From the NCBI GenBank assembly GCA_963796965.1, contig CAWCNS010000006.1, forward strand, positions 320,001-384,000: a stretch of 64,000 nt of DNA, given 5' to 3'. Position 1 is the first letter of the stretch; the number at the start of each line of letters is the position of its first letter. The notes beneath the pieces were generated by a model. That model was not told the DNA's origin. It worked only from the letters and a program-made list of their open reading frames with translations, and ran no database searches. Origin of the DNA: Calditrichia bacterium. GTDB taxonomy: Bacteria; Calditrichota; Calditrichia; JAJRVZ01. The position numbers and the translations under genes are program-made. This document shows positions 41,347 through 55,229 of the stretch, piece by piece.

Positions 41347-42543
41347 ATGTCTAAACAAGCTTATAAACGTAAAGGAAATTTTAAGGGTTTTCTTTTTGTC
41401 GTCGGGCTTCTCCTTATTGGAGCGATTTTGGTATATACCCAACATATCGTAAATGTACTTCAAGAAAAATCGCGAGAATCCATAAATTTCAGGGTCCGGG
41501 TCTTGGAAGAAAATATAAATAATCCTAACCTAAATGTCGATTTTGGATTTTTGTTGGAAGAAGTCATACAGGGTATTGATTTTCCTGTCATTTACACTGA
41601 TTCAGATATGACGCCACAATTCTGTGTCAATGTTTCTAATGCTTATGACTCACTTCGGGTACTATCTCCCGAAATAACTGAGATTTTAAAAACTTCTCTG
41701 GAAGATTTAGATTCAGAAAATCCCCCTATTTCAATTTCCTATCAGGGAATTGCCCTTGGCTATTTTCATTATGGTGTTTCACCTATCATCAGGAAACTTA
41801 GATGGCTTCCTTATATTGAAATAACTGCTGCTATTTTATTTATACTGATTGGGTATATTGGTTTTTCTCAGATAAAGAAAAGTGAACAACGGTATATTTG
41901 GGTTGGCATGGCAAAAGAAACAGCTCATCAATTAGGAACCCCCCTTTCCTCTATTCAAGGGTGGTTAGAGCTTTTAAAAGAGGATGCTACCCAACTGGAT
42001 AAAGCTATAAATGAAATGAATCTGGATGTTAAAAGATTGGCTAAGGTTGCTTTACGGTTTTCTCAGATTGGTTCTATTCCGGCACTGAAATCAGAAAATA
42101 TTTCGGATATCTTAACGGGTGTTGCTAAATATTTTAGAAAACGTTTACCTCAGGTAAAGAAAAAAATTTCAATAACAGAAGATTATCAATTTTCACCCGT
42201 TGTCAATATTAACAAGGAGTTATTTGAATGGGTCATCGAAAATCTTTTAAAAAATGCCATTGATGCCATCGATGATGATGAGGGAAACATAAACATACAA
42301 ATACTTGAAGAAGATAGAAATTCTATTTCTATTGAAATATCTGATACGGGTAAAGGTATAAACAGCCGTGATAAAACAGAAATTTTCAAACCCGGTTATA
42401 GCACGAAAAGAAGAGGTTGGGGGCTTGGACTAAGTTTGGCAAAAAGAATTGTAGAAGATTATCATGGTGGGAAACTTTATGTTAGTGAAACCCGCATTGG
42501 TAAAGGTTCGACTTTTAAAGTGCTTTTAAACAGTTCCTCGTGA
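41347..42543 (+). CDS. Membrane sensor histidine kinase (no adjacent response regulator)
   Basis: Two TMs; WVGMAKETAHQLGTPLSS H-box; NAIDA; DTGKG; GWGLGL. Confidence 0.9.
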   Translation: MSKQAYKRKGNFKGFLFVVGLLLIGAILVYTQHIVNVLQEKSRESINFRVRVLEENINNPNLNVDFGFLLEEVIQGIDFPVIYTDSDMTPQFCVNVSNAYDSLRVLSPEITEILKTSLEDLDSENPPISISYQGIALGYFHYGVSPIIRKLRWLPYIEITAAILFILIGYIGFSQIKKSEQRYIWVGMAKETAHQLGTPLSSIQGWLELLKEDATQLDKAINEMNLDVKRLAKVALRFSQIGSIPALKSENISDILTGVAKYFRKRLPQVKKKISITEDYQFSPVVNINKELFEWVIENLLKNAIDAIDDDEGNINIQILEEDRNSISIEISDTGKGINSRDKTEIFKPGYSTKRRGWGLGLSLAKRIVEDYHGGKLYVSETRIGKGSTFKVLLNSSS

Positions 42544-42557
42544 AATTTATTTTTATC

Positions 42558-42586
42558 TTGACAAAAAAGAAGAGATTATTTAACAT
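42558..42586 (+). promoter_or_regulatory. Putative sigma70 promoter for the ECF sigma/anti-sigma pair
   Basis: TTGACA-N17-TAACAT. Confidence 0.55.
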
Positions 42587-42672
42587 TTGTGATTATGCTC
42601 AATTGGAAATGAATCGGTTCTATTAATCTGCTCAATGATATATTTTTATAATTGAACAAAAAAGGAGTACAT

Positions 42673-43245
42673 TTGCCAACGGCAAGACAATTAGAATTTG
42701 AATCATTAGTAGCGCCTCATTTAAGCTCGTTATATAGTACAGCGCTCAGAATGACACATAACCAGCATGACGCAGAAGATTTAGTCCAGGATACATTATT
42801 CAAAGCTTTTCGTGCTTTCGACCAATATCAGAAAAACACAAATTTCAGAGCATGGGCGTTTCGTATTCTGGTAAATACCTATATCACAGCATACCGCAAG
42901 GCAATAAGACAGCCCCAGAAGGTTAGCTATGATGATTTAGAAGAATTTTACCTCTATAAAAAAATTGATGAGTCAATTAGCCTGCAAGAGACTGCAAAGG
43001 AGGATTTTCTCGAGAATTTCTTTGAAGACGATGTAAAGGATGCTCTAGAAAATTTACCATATCAGTTTCGCTTGGTCGTTCTCTTGTGTGATGTAGAGGG
43101 ATTTTCCTATAATGAAATCGCAACTATTATTGACTCACCTCTGGGAACGGTTATGTCAAGATTATATCGGGGGAGAAAATTGCTTCAGAGATATCTCTGG
43201 AGTTATGCAAAAAAGAGGGGTTATATTTTAAATGAAAAAGAATGA
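42673..43245 (+). CDS. ECF RNA polymerase sigma factor (SigH/SigR-like)
   Basis: DAEDLVQDT, TNFRAW, GFSYNEIA, GTVMSRLYRGRKLL. TTG at 42673 follows AAGGAG; the ORF is open from 42652. Confidence 0.9.
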   Translation: MPTARQLEFESLVAPHLSSLYSTALRMTHNQHDAEDLVQDTLFKAFRAFDQYQKNTNFRAWAFRILVNTYITAYRKAIRQPQKVSYDDLEEFYLYKKIDESISLQETAKEDFLENFFEDDVKDALENLPYQFRLVVLLCDVEGFSYNEIATIIDSPLGTVMSRLYRGRKLLQRYLWSYAKKRGYILNEKE

Positions 43246-43480
43246 TCAAGATAAATTCAACTGTAAAGATGTTGAAAAAAATGTACAGGCTTACCTGGAC
43301 GATAAATTGTCGGAGAATGAAGTATTACTTCTAGAGGACCATTTGAGTTATTGTTTGCCCTGTGACAAAAAGATAGAGTTTGAAAAGAAGCTTAAGGAAT
43401 TAATAAAAATTAAGGCCTCTGAGAAATCCTACCCAAATAAACTTGAATCAGAATTAAAAAAAATAATTCGTGGAGAATGA
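43232..43480 (+). CDS. Soluble zinc-binding anti-sigma factor (zf-HC2/ZAS; RshA/RsrA-like)
   Basis: N-terminal Cys plus HLSYCLPC (HxxxCxxC); 82 aa, no TM; overlaps the sigma gene. Confidence 0.85.
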   Translation: MKKNDQDKFNCKDVEKNVQAYLDDKLSENEVLLLEDHLSYCLPCDKKIEFEKKLKELIKIKASEKSYPNKLESELKKIIRGE

Positions 43481-43486
43481 AGCACC

Positions 43487-44284
43487 TTATTTCTTAAATT
43501 GTAGTTCTCGATTCAAAACGACGTTCTTGAATATATATGTTCTCATATATCGTATGTCTTCGGTATCTTTTGTTTGTAGTTGCAAGTTTAATCTCTCTGG
43601 TATCCAATAATTTTCCATTTTTCTAGATCTTAACTTTACCACAAATCCACTTTCGACAACACTATTTTTTAGTGTTTGTACCGTCCAACCTGCACATAAC
43701 CACTTTTCACCCACTAATCTAAATCCAGGATATGTATTAATAATTTCATTTTTGTCTGGAAACGCCACTGATATCTTCAGACATATACCATTGAAACCAA
43801 AGGTCATTTTAACCTTTATTGGTTTTCCATTTTCATAATTCTCATATTGAATAAATGCCGTATCCTCTATTGATGTTATCAAATACGTCTCGGGTAGGTC
43901 ATCTAATACATTACCTCCGCAAAAACGCTGCCAGTCGATTAACAAGCCTTTTAACGCCTGAATCATATTCATCTGCATTTCTAGTGTTTTACTGTTTTGT
44001 TCTGCACCAGGGGGCTGAGGTAGTGCTCTCTTTATATAAAACAGCATATTGGGATTCTTCCATATTAACTCCAGGGGATAGAGTTCATCCTTATAAACCT
44101 CTTTTGTTTCTTCTAAAAATAGATCTGTGGTTACCCAGCTGGTAAAATTATCTAATCCTTGTAGTCTTAGGGAATGATATATTGTTTTAGCACGATAGAG
44201 GAATTCATCCTGATTAAATTGAGAAAATAAAGAACTTGAAAAAAAGACTATGAATAGGATGACTAAATTTGAATTAATTCGCAT
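43487..44284 (-). CDS. Hypothetical secreted protein
   Basis: 265-aa ORF with a signal-peptide-like N-terminus, overlapping the end of the channel gene. Confidence 0.65.
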   Translation of the reverse strand: MRINSNLVILFIVFFSSSLFSQFNQDEFLYRAKTIYHSLRLQGLDNFTSWVTTDLFLEETKEVYKDELYPLELIWKNPNMLFYIKRALPQPPGAEQNSKTLEMQMNMIQALKGLLIDWQRFCGGNVLDDLPETYLITSIEDTAFIQYENYENGKPIKVKMTFGFNGICLKISVAFPDKNEIINTYPGFRLVGEKWLCAGWTVQTLKNSVVESGFVVKLRSRKMENYWIPERLNLQLQTKDTEDIRYMRTYIFKNVVLNRELQFKK

Positions 44285-45254
44285 TGGCTGTTTCCTGAAG
44301 TTTTTCTAGTTGTTCACGTTCTCCTATTACAATCAAATTATCCTGTGATTTTAGTGTAATATCAGGACGGGGATTATATATTAAGTCACTATCTAGTCTA
44401 TAGATACCAACAATAATAGCATTAAAGTCTGCTTCTAATTTTAGATTCTCCAATTGTTTTTCCTATAAGTTCCGATCCATCCATTATTTTAACTTCTTCA
44501 ATCTCAAGGCCAATATCAGAACGGGAGAAAACCTCATCTATATAGTCAACAACCGTTGGTTTTAGCAAAGCTTGCATTATACGAAAACCACCTATTTCGT
44601 AAGGTAAAATAACCCTGTTTGCACCAGCTTTGATTAATTTTTCTTTTGAGCTTCTTCCTCGGCCCGGGCAATTATTTTTAAGTCGGGATTAAGGCCTCGC
44701 GCACTAAGTGTAGTAAATGTATTTTCAATATCTGTACTTAAAACCGTTACCAGTCCTATTGCCCTTTTTATTCCGGCCTTTAATAGATCAGCATCTTCCG
44801 TTGCGTCGCCATGTAAAAATCTGATTTCAGTGTTCGGATCAGACAATTCGGTCTCTTTTTCAATTACAACAAAGGGTTTATTTCTTTTGTGGAGTTCCTG
44901 AACAATCTTCTTGCCCATCCGACCATACCCACAAATAATATAGTGGTCATGTAATTGATTTAGTTTTTTTTGCATTTTTCTTTCCCAAAAGAATTTTCCT
45001 TCAAAGATTAACAAATTTAGTTGTCTTAATGCATAAAATAGTACTGAAATTCCCAGGACGATCAGAACCATCGTCAATACACGTCCCAAAGGAGAAAGGG
45101 GATAAACTTCCTTGTAGCCTGTAGTAGATAGCGTTATCACCGTCATGTAGAACGAATCTAAAAATGACCAGCCTTCTATAAGGTAATATCCGAAACTTCC
45201 ACCTACAAAAAGTATCAAAATTACAATCAAAATCTGCCAAAATTGTTTTGTCAT
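44274..45254 (-). CDS. Potassium channel protein with RCK (TrkA-N/TrkA-C) domains; frameshifts near 44640 and 44430-44460
   Basis: Pore helix and filter YMTVITLSTTGY; ICGYGRMG; GDAT; continues KLIKAGANRVILPYEIGG and AIIVGIYR...YNPRPD to TAA at 44274. Confidence 0.85.
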
Positions 45255-45382
45255 AAAAAAATTTACTGATTATTAAACCTACTCACAATCTCTTTTTATA
45301 CTCCCGGTTTATATTCGAAACGCTATATTTACTTGCTATTTAAATCACATGTTTTTAGCTTTTAGAATATTAAGGTATTTCC

Positions 45383-46423
45383 ATGCAAACACCAGCAATT
45401 ACATTTGAAAATAACGAACTCAAAATAATAGACCAGACTCTTCTCCCACGAAGACTCGCTTATGTTCCTATTAATTCAATACAGGATTGCGTTGAGGCTA
45501 TTAAGGAATTAAAAGTTCGCGGTGCTCCGGCCATAGGTATTTGCGCTGCCTATGGATTATATATCGTTGCCCACTCTTTTAGAGATAAGGGAAATGATCA
45601 CTTTCGGCAACTAATGGATGATGCCTGCCAGCAATTAATTGATTCCAGGCCAACCGCTGTTAATCTCAGCTGGGCGGTGAACAGAATGAAAGCGATATAT
45701 TCGTCCCATGTAAATGTTACCAGGGATGAGACTATCAAATTATTAAAAACTGAGGCAGAGGCCATTCATACCGAGGATAAAGAGGCCTGTCATAAGATGG
45801 CTTATCATGGTCTGAAAATTGTCCCCAATCCTGTGAATATATTGACTCATTGTAATACAGGAAGCCTGGCCACCGGTGGATGGGGAACTGCCCTTGGAAT
45901 TGTGTACGCAGCAAAAAAGGAAAACTTTGATGTACATGTTTATGTCGATGAAACCCGTCCGCTGGGTCAGGGTGCTCGTCTGACTTATTGGGAACTAATG
46001 CAGAATCAGGTACCATGTACCCTTATTACTGATAGCATGGCAGGCTCTTTAATGAAGGATAAAAAAGTTGATCTTGTATTGTTCGGAGCAGATAGGATCG
46101 CCCGAAATGGTGATGTGGCAAATAAAATAGGGTCGTATTCACTTGCTGCGTTGGCTCGTTTGCACAATATCCCCTGTTATGCCGTAGCTCCGAGTTCTAC
46201 TTTTGATCTTTCTTTGGATTGTGGCGTAGAAATTGAAATTGAATTAAGAAAATCTCAAGAAATTTTGCATATATACGGTTATAATGATAACTTATTGAAT
46301 GTTGCGAATGTTTATAACCCTGCCTTTGATGTTACTCCGGCAGAGTTTTTAAGCGGTATTATAACTGAAAAGGGTATAATAAAAAATTTAAATACTAATC
46401 AAATAACTGAATTCTTTAAATAA
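45383..46423 (+). CDS. mtnA: S-methyl-5-thioribose-1-phosphate isomerase
   Basis: VRGAPAIG, SRPTAVNL, LTHCNTGSLAT, DETRP, GADRI..NGDVANKIG, NPAFDVTP. Confidence 0.93.
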   Translation: MQTPAITFENNELKIIDQTLLPRRLAYVPINSIQDCVEAIKELKVRGAPAIGICAAYGLYIVAHSFRDKGNDHFRQLMDDACQQLIDSRPTAVNLSWAVNRMKAIYSSHVNVTRDETIKLLKTEAEAIHTEDKEACHKMAYHGLKIVPNPVNILTHCNTGSLATGGWGTALGIVYAAKKENFDVHVYVDETRPLGQGARLTYWELMQNQVPCTLITDSMAGSLMKDKKVDLVLFGADRIARNGDVANKIGSYSLAALARLHNIPCYAVAPSSTFDLSLDCGVEIEIELRKSQEILHIYGYNDNLLNVANVYNPAFDVTPAEFLSGIITEKGIIKNLNTNQITEFFK

Positions 46424-46439
46424 TTATTGAGGAGAAAAA

Positions 46440-47528
46440 ATGAGAAGATACACAGCGATTTTCGCTCTGCTCCTGTTTACGTTGTCAGTTCTGTTAAACG
46501 CTTGCCGTCCCCCGGAACTTGAACAGGCTGTAATTGATTATAATGCGGGTCGCTTTGACAACGCATACGAAGAAGCAAAAGAAGCGTCTGAGAAGTATCC
46601 AGATAATGAAGAAGCGTGGTATTATCTTGGTGAAATTGAAGGTAGAAAAGGAAATATCAAGGCAATGATAGACGCCTTCGATAAATCAATTTCATTAAAA
46701 AACACCTTTCAGCAACAAATTGAACTTTCTAAAAAGAATTATTACGGAAAAGCCTATAATGACGGTGTTTCCGCCTATAATTCAATGATTAAGATTGAGG
46801 ATAAAGAAAGCCCAGAAGCAAAAAAGGCCATGGAGACGGTTATAAAGAATTTTAAAGATGTATTATTGATAAAAGATGACTACATGGCAAACCGTCTAAT
46901 TGCAATCGGATATCAGTATATGGGTGAGGAAAAGGAAACACTCGAATATTATCAACTGGCTGCTCAAGCGAATCCTGATACAGTTTCTGCCTGGCTCGAT
47001 CTCGGATACTATTACCAAAGAAAAAAAGATTTCAAAAACGCAGCCGATCAGTTCAAAAAGGGATTAGAGGTCTCACCGAATGACGACGAATGTTTGATTC
47101 GATATGCCGAAAGTCTTGATTTTTCTGATCAGAAAGAAGCTGCAATAACAGCTTACAAAGATGCCTTTGAAAAGACACCCAACGAAAAAGCAATTCCATT
47201 CAATCTGGGACTTTTATTGTTCAAACAATCTACAATTCCCGATATTGATGAAGCACAAAAGACTAAGTTGATGGAAGAATCAGCCTTTTATTTTCAGAAA
47301 GCTCATGCTATAGATCCTGAAATAAAAGAATTATATGATCTATTGGGAACTCTTTTATTACAACTTGGTAAGTTTGATGAAGCGCGTACTATACTCGAGC
47401 AGGGTGTTGAAATATTTCCTGACTCTTCATCTGTATGGCAAAATTTGAGTTTTCTCTATGCTAAAACTGGAGATAAAAAGAAAGCAGAAGAAGCCTTTAA
47501 GAGATCAAAACAATTAAAAGAAGAATAA
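46440..47528 (+). CDS. Tetratricopeptide-repeat lipoprotein
   Basis: Lipobox-like LLNAC; multiple TPR motifs (AWYYLG, AWLDLG, FNLG, VWQNL). Confidence 0.8.
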   Translation: MRRYTAIFALLLFTLSVLLNACRPPELEQAVIDYNAGRFDNAYEEAKEASEKYPDNEEAWYYLGEIEGRKGNIKAMIDAFDKSISLKNTFQQQIELSKKNYYGKAYNDGVSAYNSMIKIEDKESPEAKKAMETVIKNFKDVLLIKDDYMANRLIAIGYQYMGEEKETLEYYQLAAQANPDTVSAWLDLGYYYQRKKDFKNAADQFKKGLEVSPNDDECLIRYAESLDFSDQKEAAITAYKDAFEKTPNEKAIPFNLGLLLFKQSTIPDIDEAQKTKLMEESAFYFQKAHAIDPEIKELYDLLGTLLLQLGKFDEARTILEQGVEIFPDSSSVWQNLSFLYAKTGDKKKAEEAFKRSKQLKEE

Positions 47529-47549
47529 TATGCTTCTTTATTGATATTG

Positions 47550-47583
47550 ATAGGCAGAACTGTATAACAGTTCTGCCTATTTT
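47550..47583. terminator. Hairpin terminator between convergent genes
   Basis: ataggcagaactgt-ata-acagttctgcctat followed by a T run. Confidence 0.8.
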
Positions 47584-48208
47584 ATTTTCTGCGATTTGTT
47601 AAAAAATAGGACAGGGCTTCTAATTCAATCGACATATTTTCGTTCTTTATCATAACCCCATCCGGAACTTTTAAACTGAGGGGAGCAAAATTTAATATTG
47701 CCTTTACACCTGAATCTGTTAAACTATTCACAACCCCTTGTGCAACATTAGCCGGAACTGCTATAATTGCTATTTGTATTTTTTCTTCTTCCAAATATTC
47801 TGCTACCTGTGCGAAGGATTTTACTTCCATACCTCCAATAACTGTACCAATTTTACTCTCATCATTATCTAATATCAATCTGATTTCAAAGCCTTGCTTT
47901 TTAAATTCCTGATAATCAACAAGAGCCCGGCCAATATTTCCAGCACCAATCAATGCCACATTCCACTTTTTATGTAAACCTAGAATCATACCAATATTAT
48001 GTTGCAGGTCAGATGTATTGTATCCCAAACCTCTCTTGCCAAACGTTCCAAAAAAGGATAGATCTTTACGTACTTGAGCAGAAGTTACACCATCAATTTC
48101 GGCAATCTCCTCTGAAGAAACAGTTTTCACTTTTTGGTCGATTAAACGACCCAATGTCCGATAGTATTTTGACAGACGGCTGATGGTTGAATCTGATATT
48201 TTCTTCAT
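47582..48208 (-). CDS. rex: Redox-sensing transcriptional repressor Rex
   Basis: RLSKYYR, VSSEEIA, QVRKDLSFFGTFGKRGLGY, GAGNIG, ILNFAP. ATG at 48208 follows GGAGG. Confidence 0.95.
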   Translation of the reverse strand: MKKISDSTISRLSKYYRTLGRLIDQKVKTVSSEEIAEIDGVTSAQVRKDLSFFGTFGKRGLGYNTSDLQHNIGMILGLHKKWNVALIGAGNIGRALVDYQEFKKQGFEIRLILDNDESKIGTVIGGMEVKSFAQVAEYLEEEKIQIAIIAVPANVAQGVVNSLTDSGVKAILNFAPLSLKVPDGVMIKNENMSIELEALSYFLTNRRK

Positions 48209-48251
48209 CCTGGCCCTCCAAAACAATGATTAGTAGTTTGCATCTCTCTTT

Positions 48252-50708
48252 TTATTCACTCTGGCTTTCACCCAATTCATCGTCACCATTTCCAAGAACG
48301 ATTTTTGCCACATCACCAATTCGGTCCTTTTCATCAAGTCGGAGTAATCTGACCCCCTGGGTATTTCTTCCTATTACAGAAATTTTACCAATATGTTGCC
48401 TGATTACGACACCATTTGATGTTATGATGATTATATCTTCATTATCAACAACTTCGAGTACGGCAACCAATGGGCCTGTTTTTTCATTTACCTTCATGGC
48501 AATTATACCCTTACCACCCCGGCTTTGGGTCCTGTAGTCACTAACATTGCTTCTTTTTCCAAGACCATTTTCACATATCGTAAGCAAAGTATCTTCTCTT
48601 TTGACTATAACCATGCCGATAACCTCATCATTACTTCTAAGGGTAATGCCCTTTACTCCAGCGGCTGATCGGCCCATATCTCTTACTTCGCGTTCATTAA
48701 ATCTAATGGAAAAACCATTCTTAGTGACCAAAATTACATCATTTTCACCGGTCGTCAGGTTAGCGCTTAATAACTCATCACCCTCTTTAACAGTAGCAGC
48801 AACAATCCCACCTCTTCTTGGTCGGCTATAGGCATTTAATTCGGTTTTTTTAATGATTCCTGATTTGGTTGCTAATATAATAAAACCACCATCATCAAAA
48901 TTTTTAACAGGAACAAATCCTCTGATATTTTCCTCTTTCTGTATATCAATCAGATTTACAATTGGCCGGCCCCTGGAAGCTTTACCAGCTTGGGGAACTT
49001 CATGTACTTTTAACCAGTAACATCTTCCCTTATCGGTGAAGAAGAGAATGTAATGGTGGGTGCTGGCAATGAACATATGTTCCAGAAAATCCTCATCCCG
49101 TGTGGTTGCTCCGGTTGAACCACGCCCCCCTCTATTCTGTCTTCTATACCCGCTTACAGGAAACCTTTTTATATTACCACGATGGGATATCGTAATGACC
49201 ATATCTTCTTCAGCAATCATATCTTCAATAGTCATTTCTTCATAACTAGCAATGATCTCTGTTCTGCGGTCATCACCATAAATTTTATTTATTTCTCCCA
49301 GTTCATCTTTAATAATTTGCATACGAAGAGCACGATTATCAAGAATCGCCCTTAATTTTTCGATTAACTTGAGAATCTCTTTGTATTCTTCTTCTATCTT
49401 CTTTCTTTCCAAACCGGTCAGGCGTTGTAAACGCATATCAAGAATCGCTTTGGCTTGAATTTCACTTAGTTTAAAACGACTCATTAAGTTGGATTTTGCC
49501 GTCTCCGGATCGCGGGATTTTTTTATCAGCGCGATAATCTCATCGATATTATCGATGGCTATTTTAAGACCTTCGAGAATATGGGCACGCTTCTCGGCTT
49601 CTTCAAGTTCATATTTTGTCCTTCTAACAACAATCACGTGCCGGTGGTCGATAAAATGCTTGAGTGTATCTTTCAATGTTAAGATCTTTGGTTCGCCATT
49701 TACGAGGGCTAATATTATCACACCAAATGTTGTTTGCATTTGGCTATGTTTATAAAGTGTATTCAGAATTGATATGGCGTTGCCATCTCTTTTTATTTCA
49801 ATTACCACCCGCAAACCATCCCGGTCGGATTCATCTCGTATATCAGAAATACCTTCTACTTTTTTAGTCTGTACTAATTCAACAATTTTCTCGATTAGAT
49901 TGGTTTTGTTAACCTGATAAGGAATCTCAGAAATAATGATTCTTTCACGATCATTTCTGGTGACTTCTATATTGGCTCTTGCTCGTACCAATACTTTTCC
50001 ACGTCCTGTAAGATAAGCATCCTTAATACCCTGGTATCCTAAAATAATACCCGAGGTAGGAAAGTCCGGACCTTTGATATGTTTCAGTAGTTCCTCTCCC
50101 TCAATTTCCGGGTTATCTATCATGGCTAAAACGCCTGAAATAACCTCCGAAATATTGTGGGGTGGGATATTTGTTGCCATTCCGACCGCAATACCAGAAG
50201 CCCCATTTATTAAAAGGGTTGGTATAACGGCAGGAAGAAGGGTCGGTTCTTCCAGCGAATCATCAAAATTGGCTGCAAAATCAACTGTATTTTTATCAAT
50301 ATCTCGTAAAACTTCTTCTGCAATCCGGGACATGCGCGCTTCTGTATAACGCATTGCTGCAGGAGAATCGCCATCAATTGAGCCAAAATTTCCTTGACCA
50401 TCAATTAGCGGATAACGCAAAGAAAAATCTTGTGTCATACGAACCATTGTATCATAAACGGCTGTATCACCGTGAGGATGATATTTACCAAGTACTTCTC
50501 CAACAATCCTGGCACTTTTTTTATAGGATCGATTATAACTTAGTCCTAAACCACGCATTCCATATAAAATTCTACGATGAACAGGTTTTAATCCATCACG
50601 TACATCCGGTAATGCCCTGGAAACGATCACGGACATCGAATAATCGAGATAGGATGAACGCATTTCATCTTCTATTAATATTGGTATTATTTTTTCACCA
50701 GCAGCCAT
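48252..50708 (-). CDS. gyrA: DNA gyrase subunit A
   Basis: [15 protein letters not shown] with the catalytic Tyr; GyrA-box QNRGGRG. Confidence 0.98.
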   Translation of the reverse strand: MAAGEKIIPILIEDEMRSSYLDYSMSVIVSRALPDVRDGLKPVHRRILYGMRGLGLSYNRSYKKSARIVGEVLGKYHPHGDTAVYDTMVRMTQDFSLRYPLIDGQGNFGSIDGDSPAAMRYTEARMSRIAEEVLRDIDKNTVDFAANFDDSLEEPTLLPAVIPTLLINGASGIAVGMATNIPPHNISEVISGVLAMIDNPEIEGEELLKHIKGPDFPTSGIILGYQGIKDAYLTGRGKVLVRARANIEVTRNDRERIIISEIPYQVNKTNLIEKIVELVQTKKVEGISDIRDESDRDGLRVVIEIKRDGNAISILNTLYKHSQMQTTFGVIILALVNGEPKILTLKDTLKHFIDHRHVIVVRRTKYELEEAEKRAHILEGLKIAIDNIDEIIALIKKSRDPETAKSNLMSRFKLSEIQAKAILDMRLQRLTGLERKKIEEEYKEILKLIEKLRAILDNRALRMQIIKDELGEINKIYGDDRRTEIIASYEEMTIEDMIAEEDMVITISHRGNIKRFPVSGYRRQNRGGRGSTGATTRDEDFLEHMFIASTHHYILFFTDKGRCYWLKVHEVPQAGKASRGRPIVNLIDIQKEENIRGFVPVKNFDDGGFIILATKSGIIKKTELNAYSRPRRGGIVAATVKEGDELLSANLTTGENDVILVTKNGFSIRFNEREVRDMGRSAAGVKGITLRSNDEVIGMVIVKREDTLLTICENGLGKRSNVSDYRTQSRGGKGIIAMKVNEKTGPLVAVLEVVDNEDIIIITSNGVVIRQHIGKISVIGRNTQGVRLLRLDEKDRIGDVAKIVLGNGDDELGESQSE

Positions 50709-50720
50709 ATAATTCCTTAT

Positions 50721-52937
<2,217 letters not shown>

Positions 52938-52948
<11 letters not shown>

Positions 52949-54051
52949 ATAACTGTTTATCTCTTAAAATATATTTTTTACTGGTTAAGTGATCCTCAAA
53001 TTTATTTTGCATGGTTGTTGTAATATATGCCTGTCCTATTCTTTCAAGAAAATTTAACAGACCATGCATTCTATTTTCATCTAATTCCCCAAATATATCA
53101 TCAAGAAGCAAAACAGGAGTTACTTTTCGTTCTTGTGAAATGTATTCCCATTCCAAAAACTTTAAAGCAATTACCAGCGTTTTATTTTCACCCTGAGAAC
53201 AATAATTTTTAAAAACTTTATCATTCTTGTTAAAGGTGATATCATCACGGTGTGGTCCTATGATCGATACTCTTCTTTCGAATTCATAGTTAAAAATATT
53301 ACCAAGTTTTTTTTCAAAAACTCTTTTTATCTGACTTTCATCTTTTTCATCAATTGCATCATTAACTGTTGATTTGTAAAACACACGAATCTGGTCATTG
53401 GATCCGGAAATATTATTATAATATGCTGATAAATGACTATTTAAAAAGTCTACAAAATTTGAGACGATGTGATATAATTTTTGTTCCATGTTTAACTAAT
53501 TGTTCATTCCAAATAGGAATCTCTGTTGCTACCTTGGATTTATCATCCCCAGATAATAAGGCATTACGCTGTTGAAGCGTGCGTTTATAAATTTTAAGAT
53601 ATTCCAAATAAACCGGACTAGTCTGGGATATTAAAATATCTAAAAATCGCCGCCGCTCTTGCGGTCCCCCCATAGTCAATTTCATATCATCCAATGTTAA
53701 TATCACAGATGGAATTGACCCAATATATTCAGAAAACTTTTCAATCTCCTTTTTATTAACAAAAAGATGTTTTCCTTCCTTTCCCGAATAATAAAGTCTA
53801 ATAGATTTAGATATTTTATCATCCGAGTGGACCGTACTAATTATATTGAAATTGTCCTTATTATAAGCGACTACATGATTATCATTAGAGGTGCGAAAAC
53901 TTTTGGTGAGCGCAAGGTAGTATATAGATTCCAAAATACTTGTTTTACCCTGTCCATTCATCCCCGAAATTATATTAATTCCAGTACCGAAGTTAATTTT
54001 TAAATGTGAAAAATTTCGGAAATTTTCAATTTCCAAATCTTTTAGAACCAT
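52938..54051 (-). CDS. recF: DNA replication/repair protein RecF; frameshift near 53450-53470
   Basis: NFRN; Walker A GMNGQGKT; PQERRRFLD; QRNALL; GPHRDD; SQGE; LLLDD. Confidence 0.92.
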
Positions 54052-54054
54052 TCA

Positions 54055-55170
54055 CTATCCGCTTAATCTAACAGGCATGATAAGCATCAGTAGTTCCTCA
54101 TTATCTCTTTGGTCCTGTGGAAAGACAAGGCCGGGTCCATCTGAAGATTCAAGAGACATCCGGATTTCTTCTGTTCCAACATGTCGTAAGGTATCTAATA
54201 AATAATTTGCATTGTAGGCAATTTCTAATTCAGAAGAAGCAAAAGAGCATTCTAAACTCTCATGTGCTTCCCCTCCAAAATCTATATCCTGGGCAAAAAT
54301 ATCAATTTTATTATCCCCAATTCTTAGTTTTACCTGATAACTTATCGGGTTTGAAAATAAGGAAACTCGTTTAACTGATGCAATCAACAAATCTCGTTTT
54401 ACTGTTAGTTCTTTTGTATTATTCTGTGGAATTACACGCTCATAATCGGGATAAGGTTCATTGATAATCCGTGAAAACAATAAAGTGTCACCGAATTTAA
54501 ATAAAACATGATTTTTACCCAATATAATTTCCTGCTCACCCTGATCGGAAATATTACGCGCTACCAAATTTAATGCTCTTGTTGGAACGATAAATTCTCT
54601 TTGAATATTTGGTGATGTAAAATCTGAATTTGAAATTTTAACTAACCTATGGCCATCTGTGGAAACCATCCGTATTTGATCATTGTATATTTGACAAAAT
54701 ACCCCAGTAAGTGCAGGTCTTAGATTATCAGTAGAACAAGCATACAAGGTTTTCTCTATCATCCGCTTAAGATATTCATTTTTTATTTTGATTGTATCTT
54801 CTGTTTCAAGGGAAGGAATATTTGGATAATCATTTATATTTTGACCGGATATTTTGTATTGTCCAAACTGTGAACTCAAACTTATTTTAAAATTATTATC
54901 AATTTTAAAAGTTAAATCAGTATTAGGCATTTCACGCAATATATCCATTAAGAGTTTACCTGGAAGTACTATTGAACCTCCTTCTTCTACCTGACAATCA
55001 CACCAGGAAATCTGAGTTATTTCCAGATCCGTTGCAACAATCTTTAATTTACTATCTTCAGTATTGAGAAGTATGTTATAAAGAATATCAATCGTTGTTT
55101 TACTCGGAATAACATTTATCACTTTTTGAAGTGCTTTAAATAGACTGTCTCTCGAAACGGTAAAATTCAT
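54055..55170 (-). CDS. dnaN: DNA polymerase III beta sliding clamp
   Basis: ATDLE, RPALTG, VSTDGHRL, YPDYERVIP, LIMPVRL. ATG at 55170 follows GGAGG. Confidence 0.96.
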   Translation of the reverse strand: MNFTVSRDSLFKALQKVINVIPSKTTIDILYNILLNTEDSKLKIVATDLEITQISWCDCQVEEGGSIVLPGKLLMDILREMPNTDLTFKIDNNFKISLSSQFGQYKISGQNINDYPNIPSLETEDTIKIKNEYLKRMIEKTLYACSTDNLRPALTGVFCQIYNDQIRMVSTDGHRLVKISNSDFTSPNIQREFIVPTRALNLVARNISDQGEQEIILGKNHVLFKFGDTLLFSRIINEPYPDYERVIPQNNTKELTVKRDLLIASVKRVSLFSNPISYQVKLRIGDNKIDIFAQDIDFGGEAHESLECSFASSELEIAYNANYLLDTLRHVGTEEIRMSLESSDGPGLVFPQDQRDNEELLMLIMPVRLSG

Positions 55171-55229
55171 AGTTCCTCCATCTGGAATTTTGTATACCAA
55201 AAATACTTAAATTTTAAATTTATATCAAG

